Assembly (NCBI RefSeq): GCF_001194135.2
Contig: NC_068986.1
Coordinates: 80,265,850-80,329,849 of the forward strand
Reading direction: 5' to 3'
Origin: Octopus bimaculoides
Lineage: Eukaryota
Length of the DNA: 64,000 nucleotides
Positions within the stretch are counted from its first letter, which is position 1. Every line of letters starts with the position of its first letter. Positions 1 to 14,389 of this stretch are shown here, in pieces. The translations under genes and the position numbers were made by a program. Below the pieces are notes generated by a model. That model saw only the letters and a program-made list of their open reading frames with translations. It did no database searches and was not told where the DNA came from.

Positions 1-954
1 GATATATATATATATATATATACACACATACACCTTTTTTTGTTTCCATCTACCAAATCCATTACCAAGATCAGCACAAGGCTATAGTAGAAGACAGTTG
101 TCCATGGTGCCACTCAGTGGGACTGAACCAAAAACCATGTGGTTTGAGAAGGAAACTTCTAAACCAAACAACCACAACTGCACCTAATCTGGTGGTATAT
201 ATTTTGCCAAAGCCAGAATTTCAGACACTTTCTTGTCACTACTCTTGACTTCAGAAATAGTGATTGGCTCAACTGGAAATCTATAACCAGTGCTTCTGTC
301 ATACCAAAATACATCGTATAAATTATAATTTTTAAAATTTACTTATTGCTTTCCACCCAACTTCATCACCATCATTACTATTTCAGATGTTTTCCATGCT
401 GGCATGGTTTGGGCAGTTTAATAGGAAACAGTGAGCCAGAGGAGAGTTAAGCTCTACTGTCTGCTTTGGCACAATTTCCATGTCTGGATGCGCTTCCTAT
501 CACCAACCACTTTACAAAATATACTGGGTACTTCTTACATAGCACCAACACGGTTACCACATAACTGAAGGGGAATGGTATTGAGGGAAGTGGTTTTATG
601 CCAGATGATAAGAGGTTAGAGTATGATAGAAGAAGAGAAACAAGTGTCATGGTGTAGAGGAAGTACATGGCTACCCCAGCTAGAAAAGAGGGGAGAGAAG
701 ATAGGATGGTGGTGAAGATGTGCTGGGGCATTCTCTCAATGCACAGGGGAGGTGAATATAAGGGGTACAAAAGAATTGGACACGGTAAATGGGCAGAGAA
801 GTTTGTGGGAAAATGAAAGGAGAGTGAGGGGAGAGGAATGCAGTGAGTGGTTAACATGGGTGGAGGGAGAGAATAATCCATTGTACAAGTTCAAAGACTC
901 CTGATTCTGTTTTGTAAAAGTTCCTTTCCAAACAACAAAAACAATAAAGCTTAC

Positions 955-1098
955 CTTGATAATAAATAAGGATCAAAAGGAAAGAAAGAGTTAAGAATAC
1001 AATCTCTGTCCACATAAGCAATCTGAAATGATTCTTCTTTGAGAATTTCACGCCGGTTTTTCTCAATAATAGTGTCACACATTGCCAACTGGTAGAGT
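955..1098 (-). CDS. RRN3: RRN3 coding exon 13 (LYQLAMCDTIIEKNRREILKEESFQIAYVDRDCILNSFFPFDPYLLS-R); gene continues beyond the window
   Basis: tttttcag|...|gtaagc, 144 nt, phase 2/2; contains the hallmark FFPFDP motif. This reading frame is not the one shown in the ORF track. Confidence 0.96.
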
Positions 1099-1486
1099 CT
1101 GAAAAAAAAAAATATCATTCATTGATTCCTTTTCATGCTATAACTTGGACAGCATCAACATTATTCAATAACAATCCTTATCAAAGTCATCATCCTTATC
1201 GTTTAACATTCACTTTTCCCTGACTGCATGGGTTCAGCAGAGATTTTGTCAAGGCAGATTTTCTATGGCCGGAGGGCCTGCCTCTCACCAACCATCACCA
1301 GTTTCCAAGCATATGTGTATACATATTATATATGTGTGTATATGCAAATGTAAGTGAATATTGATATTTTCACCAAATTCATGTGAGTGGATTTGGTAAA
1401 CATTAAATACTGATGATGATAATCATATTCATTTTCATAATATTAATTATATAGCTCTTACAAAAGCCAACAACAGTTAATATGGC

Positions 1487-1517
<31 letters not shown>

Positions 1518-4500
1518 TAATTCATTAAGCTTGTTCCCAAAGTTAATCAAATATCCTCATATTCTGAAAGAGTTAAAATACTTTTACTTCTTATCATCAT
1601 CATCATTGTTTAACGCCCACCTTCCATGCTAGCATGGACATCTTACCGAAGATGAAATTTTACATGTAAATATTTGATTTACAAGTCCAAAAACAATTGT
1701 TTTCTTCATATTTCTTAAAACTTAAATATTTTATTTCAAAATCAACACAATGTTTTTGTAACTCGTCAGTTGCTTTTGTTGTGAATATTTATTCTATTGA
1801 CATGTAACCAAAAAACTAACAAAATAGTTGAGCTTTTTTTTTTTAATTGTTAAAGCAAAATATATTTATTTCATACTTTCTTTGTATGACAGCATTTTTT
1901 TTTTCTTTAGCCAACTTAAATTACTTATTCCAATGAAGTTTTTAAATATATTATCCACTTCTTTAAAATTTATTTAAATCATATTAGTTATAATTAAACA
2001 ACAATGTAGTATCAAAATGTAAATGAAAATAGGTGAATGAACTAAACCGAAATTGAAGATACTCTTATCATGTACTGTGTTAACATTCATCATATATCTT
2101 TTGTCTGTAACTCATTTAGGTTAATGGACTGTGGGTATGCATGGAAACCCACTTCAAAGGTTTAGTTGAACTTATTTCTAAAGAAGTCTGGTACTTATTC
2201 TATCCCTTTTTACCTAACTGCTTCATTATGGGGACATAAATAAAGCAACATTTGCTGTGGGATGGGGAAGTAAACACAAACACACACATACATAACAGAT
2301 TTCCAGTTTCACCAAATTCACTCAAGCATATAGAAGACACTTAACCAAGGTGCCACACAGTGAGACTGAACTGGAAACCACATAGTTGCAAAGCAAGCTT
2401 GTTAACCACACAGTTAAACATGATAGTTTTTGATTTTTAATTCTTATGCCATGCTTTACATTATTTCATTTTGCCTAATATTTAATACAATATACCATTT
2501 TGTTAGTTTTTAAAAATGCCTGTAGCATGTTACTGAGCAACACTTTAAGCCCTCTCAAGAAATTAAATTCTTCATGTGTTTGTTTTTAACATGATGGCTT
2601 TTCAAAATCCTCAAGACAATTTTTAATAATAAAAAAAACCATTATCAAAACATCAAGCACATTTATTGTGACAGTTTCAAACCTACATGATTTATAAATG
2701 AATCTAACAAATCCAAAAACTGTTATACAACCTAACATTTGTTTTACTACAGATATTTATTAAGAAAAATGAAACAGTGCAATGCAAAGCCAAATGCATG
2801 AAATACACCCATTTCTTAACAGAATTTTGAAATAGAATAAGACATCCAGAATTCTAATCTAAAATTTTCTCTACCTGCATAAATTTTTTACTGTATCTTG
2901 GGAGGGTCATTATGCCGATAAAAAAAAAACACACACAGGCTCTATTTCGCTTCTTTTATTATTAGTCAGTTGGTTACGGCAATGAACAGGCAGAACCACC
3001 AGCACACTAGACATATTGCTTAGCAGTATTTTGTCCACCTTTTGTAAGTTCAATTTTCCAAGGTCAACTTTCAGGGTCAATAGAATAGATACCAGCTTAG
3101 CACCAGGATCATAATCAACCAGCCCCTTAGCCCCTTCCCCGAAAAATTTCAAGCCTTGTACCTATAACAGAAAAGATTATTAATCAGCTTGTTAATCATT
3201 GAACCAATTAATTCATCAATTGCTTGATTAATTGATCAGTGTGAAACAGAGCTGGAGTATCATTGATGAGGTTGCAAACAGCAATGCAAGGAAAGGAAAG
3301 GACTTATATTTTTATCTTATATTCTATCTCATCCTTAATATACTGAGCTGACACATTTTGTGGTGTACAAAAAATTATTTCAATTTTCCTTCTCTTCAAA
3401 TGCACCTCCTATTATACAATTTGGATAATTCATAAGATGAAATTGCAGTAAATTGTAATCTTGAAAGGTCTCTAACTTAAATTAAATTCTTTATATCTAT
3501 GCGTATTATGTGTGTGCATACTCATGCATGCATAATATTTTTATTTAACACTGCTGCACCACAAAAGGCTAAGACATGGTATTCACTTGTACTACATTCC
3601 TAACAATAACATCTGTTAATCCTCCCTAAATTTTTACTTTTTGTTTTCGTTTTTGTTTTTGTTTTTTTCATTCTGAATTCCTTCATGTTGCAATCTAGCC
3701 TTCTAAGCTAAGAGGATAAAAAGAATTTTTTATTTTTTATTTTATCCAAGTTTTTTTTTTTTCATGGTAAGAATATGAAAACATTGTGAGTGATAAGAGT
3801 TAACCAGCTTCTTCAGCCAACTGAAACTAATTGTATAAATTGAGATAAAATAAATAAACGTAATTAAGAAAAGAAGTAAGCGAATAATATTCCACAGACA
3901 ATATCAATAGAAATAGACATATACCATGAAAAACTTTCATCTATCTGAGATAATAGAGAATTAATATTTAGCAATTTTGGCACCTAGACAAGAAATAAAT
4001 AACCTTGACATCGTTCCCAAACACTAAAAACTAGCAGACACTACAGCAGAGAATTATAGCAAGAAATGCAGTCAGCTCGATAAAATTCCAACCTGTACAA
4101 AGTGTTCTTTTATGAAGAAGAATCTAGAAGTTCTTTAATGTCAGCACCATTCTACACATGAATAAGACTTTATTGGCAGAGGGAGGTTGTATCCTTAAAT
4201 AATATATTAAATAAAACAACTAAACGAAGAATTAAAATTCAGCTAAAATATCTAAAATTAAACTTTTGACATCTGCTCAAGTAAATATATTTAAAATGTG
4301 AATTAAGAAATAAACTTTTATCGCTATAATTATTTAGCAAAAAAAAAAATACATATTTTACCCACTGCCATAAATATTAATTTCCATATGTGTAGAGCTT
4401 TCAAAATATGCTGAAAATATAAGTCAGACATGAAAGGACAATGCCTTATGACCGTTTGCAGGAGATACATGGGCGGGGGGCACAGCTGCTGCATTAGGTT

Positions 4501-4887
4501 GCTCACCAGGATATCAAATTTTCCACAAAGCAGAGATTTGAATGTTTTTGCAATAGAGTGAGCTCCACTAAAAGAACTCCACAAAAATTTGGTTTTAAAC
4601 CAGGCAACACATTAAGACTGCCCTCCATTAACAGCTACACTTCATCCATCAGGTTTCCAGCTACTTCATATCACTTAAAAGGCATGAGACAAATCAAATC
4701 TATGATAGAATGATAGACACTTGCACAAAGTACCACACAGTGAGATTGAACCTGGATTTATGTGGTTATGAAGTAAACTTCTTCACCATATAGCCATGCC
4801 AGCACCTATATTAAGTGTAATTACTAGCCAAATGAACAAGAATATTATTACTTTTTTATATTTAGAAATAATAATTTTTAGTTTCAA

Positions 4888-5006
4888 TCTAGTCTAGTCC
4901 TATGAACACATCCAGGACTAAGACACTTGATTAGATGTCTTGCAAACAACTTGACACATCTAATCGAGTGTCTTAGTCCTGGATGTGCTCATAGGACTAG
5001 ACTAGA
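4888..5006. repeat. Near-perfect inverted repeat (51-bp arms, 17-nt loop)
   Basis: Arms 4888-4938 and 4956-5006 differ at 2 of 51 positions. Confidence 0.95.
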
Positions 5007-7742
5007 CACTTGATTATATACAATCCAAGATCAAACCATCTGAAATGTAGCATTGAAATAAATAACAGGAAAACAGTCTTCTCTTAGGACAGCCACAGGT
5101 AAACTGTAGCATGTGGGACTTTCTGAAAGGTCAATGAAAAGTCACCTTGATTTATTTAAGTAGTGTGGCCTGTATGAGGATAAACTATGTCTTGTGCAAC
5201 CCACTTGTCAAAAGGGATTGGCTATGTCTGTCTTAAGAGATTGTCTGAAAACTTTTAATCTCAACAACTCATCTCAAACACCATTTAGATATATTTCACT
5301 CTTTAAGATATTAATTATATATTTGAGTCGATATGGGATTTTTTTTTTTTAATCAAAATGTATCTGTATATGGGCTGAGAGCTGTACAGATTAGCTAGCT
5401 GATAGAAATGCAGTCAAATAATTAGTTATATGGGTTTGGCAGTTCATATGTCACTGGCAGCATATTGTGTCTACAGATAAGTCCATCTAGCTCAGAGTAA
5501 ATTACATAGCATCATGGTAGATTTCTAGAAGAAAACAGTAGCATTACTGTAAAGTCGATAAGTGTCTTGTTAGCTAGTAGTGAGTTCAACTTAGCCTGAC
5601 TGTGTCTCATTCAGCAAGCACAACATTAATCTCTTCTCCCCCAAACACTAACCTTCTGAAATACCCTCCATGCAGCCCACTTTTTTTTTTTTTCAGATGT
5701 TCATGGTTAAACCTTAGTGATCTCTTCAGTCTTGGAAGCCCTGCAGTAAGTCATGTGCAACTGCCCTTCCTAAATTATGCCATAAAAAGAAGGAAAAAAA
5801 AGAATGGGTACTAAGTGAGCAATGCACTCCTGAACAACATGAAGTGCTCTTATGTGAATGTTGACTTGCTAGAAATAGCAACCCAAGTGAAGCCTTACCA
5901 TCTTACCCTTTTTGATATCAATCTGCTTTTACTACCCTTGCATGATCTTATAATACAAATGTTTATCTTAAAAGTGATCAAAACAAAAACCATTCAAATC
6001 AAAATTTCATGATAATTTGTTTCAAACATCCAATTAATAACAAAGTTTTACTAAATCCCTTCATCATCATTTTAATGTCCACTTTTCCATGCTCACATGG
6101 ATCAGATAGAATTTGTTGAGATAGATTTTCTATAGCCTGATGCCCTTCTTGTTACCAACCCTCACCTGTTTCAAAGTGAGATATATTTCCCCAGAATCAG
6201 ACAAGTTTTCATGGAAGAATGAAAATGAAGAACACTGTTTGTATGATGGTGACACTTGCTTACAAGTACCATGTGATGTCAAGTCAAAGAGACAGTAACC
6301 AACACACACACAGATATGATGGGTTTCTTTCAATTTTCATCTACTAAATTTACTGTCTGTTGGTTGACCCAAGGCTGTATGGAAGATATTTTGCCCAAGG
6401 TACCATACAGCAGGACTAAATCCAAAACCATGTGGTTGAGAAGCGAACTTCTTGCCACACAACCAAACCTGTGTTTTCATGATATCTGGAATCTATTTCA
6501 ACAAAGGTAGTGCCTTTCAACAGAAATATAGTAACAAAAAGTTAAATAAGGTTGAACACAATGTGGATAAAAATCTCAGATACATTGAAAAAAAAAAGAA
6601 CAGAAAAGAAAGATATGGTTATGGTTGGAATATTTTTTGCTCAAATGTTTGCTGAGTCAAGGCTGACCCAGGTTAAACAACCACCAGAATTTCTATCTCG
6701 GCTGTATGTAAGCACAAAACATCTAAAGGATGGAATGGAATCTATGAGCAACAAGTAATTATTTTCTTATATTCTATTTTGTCTTTCCTCTTATAATTTA
6801 TAGCAGAATCGCAACTTCTTATAAGTAATATGAAGTCAATGTTTTCTACTCAACAAACTCATGTTATCTAAATCCAAGAATAACTAGCAAAGGCTTTGGG
6901 AGTTATTTTTTTGGTTGTTTGTTTTTTAACTGATAGTATGTATTCATAACAACAAACCAATAACAACAAAACGCCTATGTTGCTTCATTATCACTGCAGC
7001 CCTTAGCAAGATAAGAGAGTTCTAAGGAAAGAAAAATAAGTATTCGGTAGAACAGGTTAAGACATAACAACCAAAAATTTATTATAATTTTCGAAGATAA
7101 AACACACATGCACCACACAGATCAGAAACAGTCTACAAAACTCCATTTTATATCAGAATTTTTAAAAAAATTCTCAATAAAAAACAAGAAAAGAAAATAA
7201 AGTAACCAAAAAAGAAAAGAAAGATAAGCAGCCAAAATGTTCCAATAAATAATAAACTGACAAGATGTGAAGCTCTTGGTAAATAAGACTAAGTGAGTAT
7301 AAAACTAGAGACAACACTAGCAAAAACCAACAGTTAAATCTCTTGTGTTTTGAACAATAAATCTTTGTCCATTCTTTATCATCTCTGAAACTTTTTTTTT
7401 TTTTTTAATTTTATATGTTCATTCATCATGTGCTATCATAGCTGTTTTTCCTCATGTATTTTTTTGCATTGGGTTCAACAGGGTTGTTCCACAAATACAC
7501 ATATTTCACCTCAACTATTTTTACAAGAGAAAAGATTTTTACAGTCAAATACCATTTGTAATATATCAACTAACCAATCTTGAAATGGATGATGATGTGC
7601 CTGGTTTCAGTTAGGTACTATAAGGCAGAAATTGCTAAGTTAGATCCAAGAGACAGGAAGTGCTGAGTAAGAGTAATGATTTAAGGAGTTTGAAGTGGGA
7701 GCAACTTTTTCTCTTTACAATAATTACTTAAGGCCACTTTAA

Positions 7743-7900
7743 CCCTTTAGAATTCAGGTTACACTGTCAAATGTAATACTTATTTATTCATATTGTTTTG
7801 AGTTAATCATACATTATCTCATAGCTTTAAGATTTAAATGGTATGATTGTTTACTTTTAGAATATTGTATGTGGACATGGCCAGTTTAAATACTAAAGGA
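7743..7900. mobile_element. piggyBac-type MITE
   Basis: TTAA|CCCTTTAG...CTAAAGGA|TTAA; same family as the 15556 and 42446 copies, in reverse orientation. Confidence 0.75.
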
Positions 7901-9294
7901 TTAAGTCAATAAGTTCCCAAACTAACAGACACCTTAAATACTCCTGACCAAGTGCAAGCATACAATGCCAAAACATTAACATAACAATGATACCACAGAT
8001 AGGGTAGATAGCTATAGTGTGCAGAACTTAATAATAAAATACGAAACAAAATAACCAACTATCTAGAATACCATTGTCATTTCACATCCGCTTCCCATGC
8101 TGGCATGGGTTGGGCTATACATATATTATTCCAACTATGAAACAAAAATCTTGCAAGTCATTATATCTTTGTGGCCTTCAAATTCCCTTTGTACGTATGG
8201 AACTCTTACGTTGATGCAAGGATTAGTAATGATTTAGTAGTGTTTGCTGTGGTGGGGTGTTGCAGGTTGAATATTAGAATAGAAGGTAGAGAATTTGATG
8301 ATGTTGACTTGTTAGACACATTATTGGAGATCACATTATCATTCAGTAGCTCAGCAGGAGATAAAAAAAGCTGGTGATGTTGGCCTAATGATAACATTAT
8401 CGTGATTAGCAAATGTGCTTGGGGAACGATATTTAAGAGCTATTTGTTTAACTGACACTATCTGAGTCTTTTCATCTCGTTTAATCCAGGCTGTGTTTCT
8501 GCCAGCATATATCAGATAATGTGTATCTGTAAGAAATTTCATTATATTGTTCTTATAATGAACCATTTGTCCAATCTAGTGAAAACAAATTACTGCTACT
8601 CTTAACCGTCTGCCAAGTAATTTCTCATTTCATAACTTGCATGCAATTGAGGCATTAATAAGTTGGTTGAACAAAATCTTAAGTAAATAATCATCAAACT
8701 TTCCAATTAATAACTGTAACCTTTTAATGCAGATTTGATTGTTAGCACAGCTCTATCTACTGCACCATTAGAGCTTGAATTTTGAGTAAGACTTCCAATT
8801 ATCTTACAACTATGTTTAACCAGTATTTTAATGACTTCTCATCCACTGTCTGGTACTACTCTTGTTAGGAAGTCAAATTTAGAGAAAATGGAAAACAGGT
8901 ATTCCCTTGTTCTCCAAACTCCTACTGGAAATTAATAAAAGCTATAATCAAAGTACTGACTGAGACTATGATCAACACATTTCCAAATATTTATTCTTTT
9001 ATCCTTTTACTTGTCTGTCACTTGGCTGTGGCCATGCTGGAGCACCGCTTTGAAGGGTTTTAGTCAAAACAAATCGACCCCAGGATTTTTTTTTTTTAAA
9101 GCCTAGTACTTATCCTGGCAGTCTCTTGCCAAACTGTTAAGTTACGGGGACATAAACACAGGTTGCCAAGCAGTGATTGTGGGGGTGGGGACAGAAACTC
9201 ACACAGGTATATACAAAGAAACATGCCATATATATATATATATATATATCTATATAAACTCTGCTTGCAAAAACCTGCTGGGACAAGCGAAAGC

Positions 9295-9485
9295 AAAATC
9301 GTGATGGCACCTGTGCCGGTGGCACGTAAAAGCACCCACTACACTCTCAGAGTGGTTGGCGTTAGGAAGGGCATCCAGCTGTAGAAACTCTGCCAAATCA
9401 GATTGGAGCCTAGTGTAGCCACCTGGTTCACCAGTCCTCAGTCAAATCGTCCAACCCATGCTAGCATGATGATGATGATGATGAT
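9295..9485 (+). mobile_element. RTE-type 3' tail
   Basis: GTGGTTGGCGTTAGGAAGGGCATCCAGCTGTAGAAAC...CCCATGCTAGCATG(ATG)n. Confidence 0.75.
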
Positions 9486-9555
<70 letters not shown>

Positions 9556-9949
9556 CACATACATGACATGTTTCTTTCAGCTTCCATCTACCAAATCCAC
9601 TCACAAAGCTTTGGTCAGCCCGAGGATAAAGTAGAAGACACTTGCCCAAGGTGCCACGCAATGGGACTGAGCCCAGAACCATGTGGTTGGGAAGCAAGCT
9701 TCTTACCACACAGCCATGCCTGTACCTATTTGTATGTAAACCCAAGAAAAAGACAATCATTTAAACTGCAAGAAAATGCTCAACGTCCAAATATTTTGGA
9801 ATAAACTGTTGGTAATAATAGTTTACCAGCCTTCAAATATCTAAAATTTTTCTTTCAAGTAATTGTTTCAATTAATCCATTAGTACTAGTCTTTTCTGGC
9901 CAAAATGGGAGTTCCTCCAAAGGATCTCTGAAGTAACGTTACTTGACAG

Positions 9950-10230
9950 GATGCACAGCTTGGAGATCAGGGAGTCTCTCCAGGTCAAGTTGCTACTTCT
10001 CCGCATTGAGAGATCACAGCCCCCGTACTACAGACGCACGATTTAGAATGTTGCAGGAAAGAACCACAAAACAGATTCTTCAAGTTGAGCTGACCAGCAC
10101 AAAAGCTGGGAGTAGACCAAGAACAGGATGTTTGGATAATATCCATAGTCTCACTATGTCATGCTTGAAAATCCAGCCAGAAAGTCTAACAGTCGCTTCT
10201 AATAGAAGAGGTGCCCGAGGCTTCTACTCC
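9950..10230 (+). mobile_element. Decayed RTE-type LINE ORF2 C-terminal fragment
   Basis: With frameshifts: IRESLQVKLLLLRIERSQ...RMLQERTTKQIL...SRPRTGCLDNI. Confidence 0.65.
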
Positions 10231-11914
10231 CACAAACCTCTCAGGAATAGTGAGTGGAGAAGATGGCTGGATAGATTTTGTCTATTAGACTATTTGGTGG
10301 CTTGATCCCATCATTTGAAATAGTCATTCCAAGAAAATCTTTAAAGATGCCTGATTAATACATTCATTTGGAGTAATCAATATATTGGACTCTTTTAAGG
10401 CAAGCTGTGACTACATTTTCATTCATTTTCCTTTTGTTTTTTTAGAGGGGGAGGGTGCAAAGACGAGTAAGTTATCCAGATGTCTAATTATGAACTCCAT
10501 ACAAAGTTGGAGAATGGGGCTGCTACTTTTGAGGCCCAGCTACAATCTAATGATAAAATAAACACCTGTCCTTGTATTTACTGCATGCAATTTCTTACAG
10601 AACACATCAAAACCAATCTGCCAATATCCTTTTGAAATCAACTGGTGAAAGAAACATTGGTCCTTGCCCGATATCAACAGTGAAACTTATATTTACTAAA
10701 GGATTAGTAATTATTATACTCATGAGGTGGGACGTAATAGTTGATTGGCAGACTTTGAGAGTATTTATGAGTACCTCATGAAGGAAACAAAGAGCAAGGA
10801 ATTGGGTGATTGTTTCCTTCTTCAAAAACATCCTACTTTTTTTCTGATCATCTTTTCTCCATAAAGTAGTGATAGCTGTTCTGAAAATTTGCTTATCAAC
10901 TATTACACCCATCTCACAAGTGTGAATGGAGAAGCACTAAAACTTTGCTCTTTAAATATCAAGAAACATTGTTTCAAAATCAGGAATTGGATGAAAATAG
11001 CTTGAATTCTTATTTACATATATTTTGTAATCAGCACACATTCTTAATTTTAGCATCTTTCTTTGGCATCCAAACAAGTAGTGATGCACTGTCCACACCT
11101 TCATATAAACATGGAATTATGATTCTCATAAACTGCCAATTCCCATCATCATCATCATTTAAACATTCTAAACTGCGAAGTTTATTTTCAACCTCCTTTT
11201 TTGTATTTTATGTCTACTGGAACAACTGACTACACTGAATAAATTATATATTTAACTCATTCTAAATATTGAAATTTTAGAGGTATAGCTTTTATCAATG
11301 ACATATACTGAAAAATATAGTAACATGACTTTCCAAATATCAGCATCAATTAATCCCAATTGTAGTATTGGTTATTTTGTTTTTTACCTCCAAAATCAAG
11401 AAAAGCTGCTTAATGCCAACTACTCCTGATTTTAAACCATAAATTAAATGTCTATCTTCTTTTATCTTTCTGTACTTGTTCCAGTCATTTGAATGCAGCC
11501 AAATGAACCTCGAGGCCTTTTTTTTACTTTTTAAGCCTTGTACTCATTCTATTAGTCTCTTTTGCTGAATCGCACAATCGCACACTTACAGGGAGGTAAA
11601 CAAACCAATACTCAGGTGGTGGAGGGAGACAGACACACACACACACACACAAACAAACACAAACACAAACAGACATCTTTCAATTTCCATCTACTAAATC
11701 CACTCACAAGGTTTTGGTCAGCCCACGCTACAGAAGACTCATCCAAGGTGCCATGCAGTGGGACTGTACCCAGAACCATATGGTTGGGAAGCAAACTTCA
11801 TACTACACAGTCACACCTGCACCTATCAGGTTTGATGTCAGAATGATAAGAATTCTTCACAGTTACTTCTTCATCAATAGACTGTTTTAAGACTTAAATC
11901 CTAAACATTAATGC

Positions 11915-12120
11915 TATGAGCTGGCAGAAACGTTAGCCAGGTAAAATGCTCAGCAGTATTTCGTCTGTCTTTATGCTCTGAGTTCAAATTCCACTGAGCT
12001 CGACTTTGCCTTTCATCCTTTTGGGGTCAATAAATTAAGTACCAGTTGTGTTCTGGGGTTGGTCTAATCGACAGGCCTTCTCCCGCAAAATTTTAGGCCT
12101 TGTGCCTAGAGTAGAAAAGA
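11915..12120 (+). mobile_element. SINE-like repeat, third family
   Basis: GAGCTGGCAGAAACGTTAG...GAGTTCAAATTCC...CGACTTTGCCTTTCATCC. Other copies at ~2930-3175(-), 45905-46150(+), 52010-52170(+). Confidence 0.75.
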
Positions 12121-14342
12121 TTAATGCTATGAACAGACTTGGTAGATTACCAGGATTTTCGTCTACAGAATTTTATGAAATCATCTATTTTACAATCAAA
12201 GCATTTCTTCCCGTATGAAGACTGGACCAAGAAAGATGAGATGAATCCAATTTATTTTTGTCTTAGTCAATGTACTGTCGCTGTGAAAATTTAGTCAAAC
12301 AAATCAACCACACACATATGATGGGCTTCCATGAAATTCCCATCTACCAAATTCACTCACAAGGCACTGGTCAGCCAGGGGCCATGATAGCAGATTCTTG
12401 CTCGAGGTGCAGTTGGACTGAACCTGAAACCAGATGGTTGCAAAGTGAACTTCTTAACTACTAAGCCATTATACCAGCCGCAATTTTTAACCAGTTCTCA
12501 CTCAGTTACTTTTTGCATAATAGGCTATGTTTGACAAAAGTCCTTACTAGTGACCTAAAATAGGCCTGTATTAGAACTTAGCTGTATCACTGATCCATTC
12601 TGATTGTATTATTACAACCAAGCTAACTAAGTTTGTTTTAACTGCTATATCCTAACCAGGATGCTGAGATTAAGCAGCAAGTTAACTGACCACAGGATCA
12701 TTACTCCAAATCTTATTATGACAGTTTACCTTGATATAACTGGGTAACTAAAAGGTCATATGTGATCGTGGAATGGTTGGTTAGTGATAGAAAAAAAACA
12801 GGCATGGGTTTACAGTTAAAAAGTTTACTCAGTAACACTTGCTCCCAAATTCAATCCCATACTGCAGTACCTTGGGCCAGTGCCTTCTAACAGCCTTGGG
12901 TTGAGCAATATGTTAAGAATGTACCAGAGAGAGACGGGGGAGGGAGAGAGAGAGAGTGTGTGTGTGTGTATGTGTGCGCGCGCATGCGTGTGCACATGTC
13001 CACGCGCGATCATTTAATGCAAGTCCCATGCTGGCCTGGCTTTGATGGTTTGGTAAGCTTCAACGGACCAGCAGAGTATGTCAAGTACCAATGTCTGCTT
13101 TGGCATGGCTAGTACAACTCGGTGCTCTCACACCAACTACATTACAGTGTACTGGGTGCTTTTTTTTCATAGCACCAACAACAGTGGAGTCACCAAGTAA
13201 CTTGCAGGACAAAGAATAAAAGTCTCCTCAGCTGAGTGGGGTGGAGTGGATGGGGGGAGGGGCTTTATTCAGGTGTTGAGAGGCTGAAGAATGATAGAAG
13301 AGGTACAGATATATTATATAAGGGTGACTAGGATAGCTGGAAAGACAGAGATGGTGGTAACAAGGTGTTAGAACATACCCCTAAATTACAAGAATGTGAA
13401 TATAAGGAAACACAGACCATGGATCGAGAAGGGTGGGTAGTTAAGTCCATTAGAGTGAGAAAGGTGAGTGACAGATGGTTAGATGGGTGGTGGGTAGAGG
13501 TGAATGTAATGAATGATGTTCAGGGGTGGAGGTGATTAATGGTAAATATCAGTTGGAGGAGATGAAAGTGGAAGGAACAAGAATGACATGAGAGGGAGGA
13601 GATGATAAGTGGCAGGACAGGAAGGGTGGAGAGCAGCAGTATAATAAACATGTAGAAAGATAAAAAACAGAGTGATGATATGTAGGATGGGAAAGTGGAA
13701 GTAGAGGGAAAGAGATACAGTGACAGAGATGGATGTCAAATATGCATAGGGGTGAATATAATGAATAGAGGTGAGGGCATACTGACAGCAAATGAGGTAT
13801 TGACAATAAGATGTAGTTCAAAAGGGAGGGTGAGATAACTGGAGGCACAGAAAGCAAATGATCAGTGGAAGTAAAGTGGGAAGGACTGACAAATGCAACA
13901 ACATTATAAGATGCAGATGTGACTGTATGGTTAAGAACCACATGATTTCATGCTCATGTGCCTTCAACTACAGTCCCAGGTTGGCCAAAGTCTTGAGAGG
14001 ATTTGGTGGACAGAAACTGAAAGAAGCCCATCATATATACATATATATATATATATATATATTGTTGTACTTGGGGGTGGTCATATTGCCAGTTTAGCCA
14101 ATAAAAACACACGCACTGTATATTTGGTGTTAATTTGCTTCAGCTTTATATTACATTAATCTTAATCTTATTTCGGCCAGAGCTCTTTCGTCACACTTCT
14201 GTGACCTCATCAGTGGTCCTTTGTTTCCTTCTTTCTTATGTGTGTCTCACCTTGCTAACTATCAGCCATTTTGTATCTTGTATTCCTATTGTACAACATC
14301 TGTTTCAACACACGATTTCACATCAAAAATCTTGCAAAACAA

Positions 14343-14373
<31 letters not shown>

Positions 14374-14389
14374 CACACACACATACATA

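Noticed and set aside
447-881. 144-aa minus-strand ORF (similar ORFs at 13549-13941)
   Set aside because: Purine-rich decayed LINE or low-complexity sequence with no recognisable domain or splice context.
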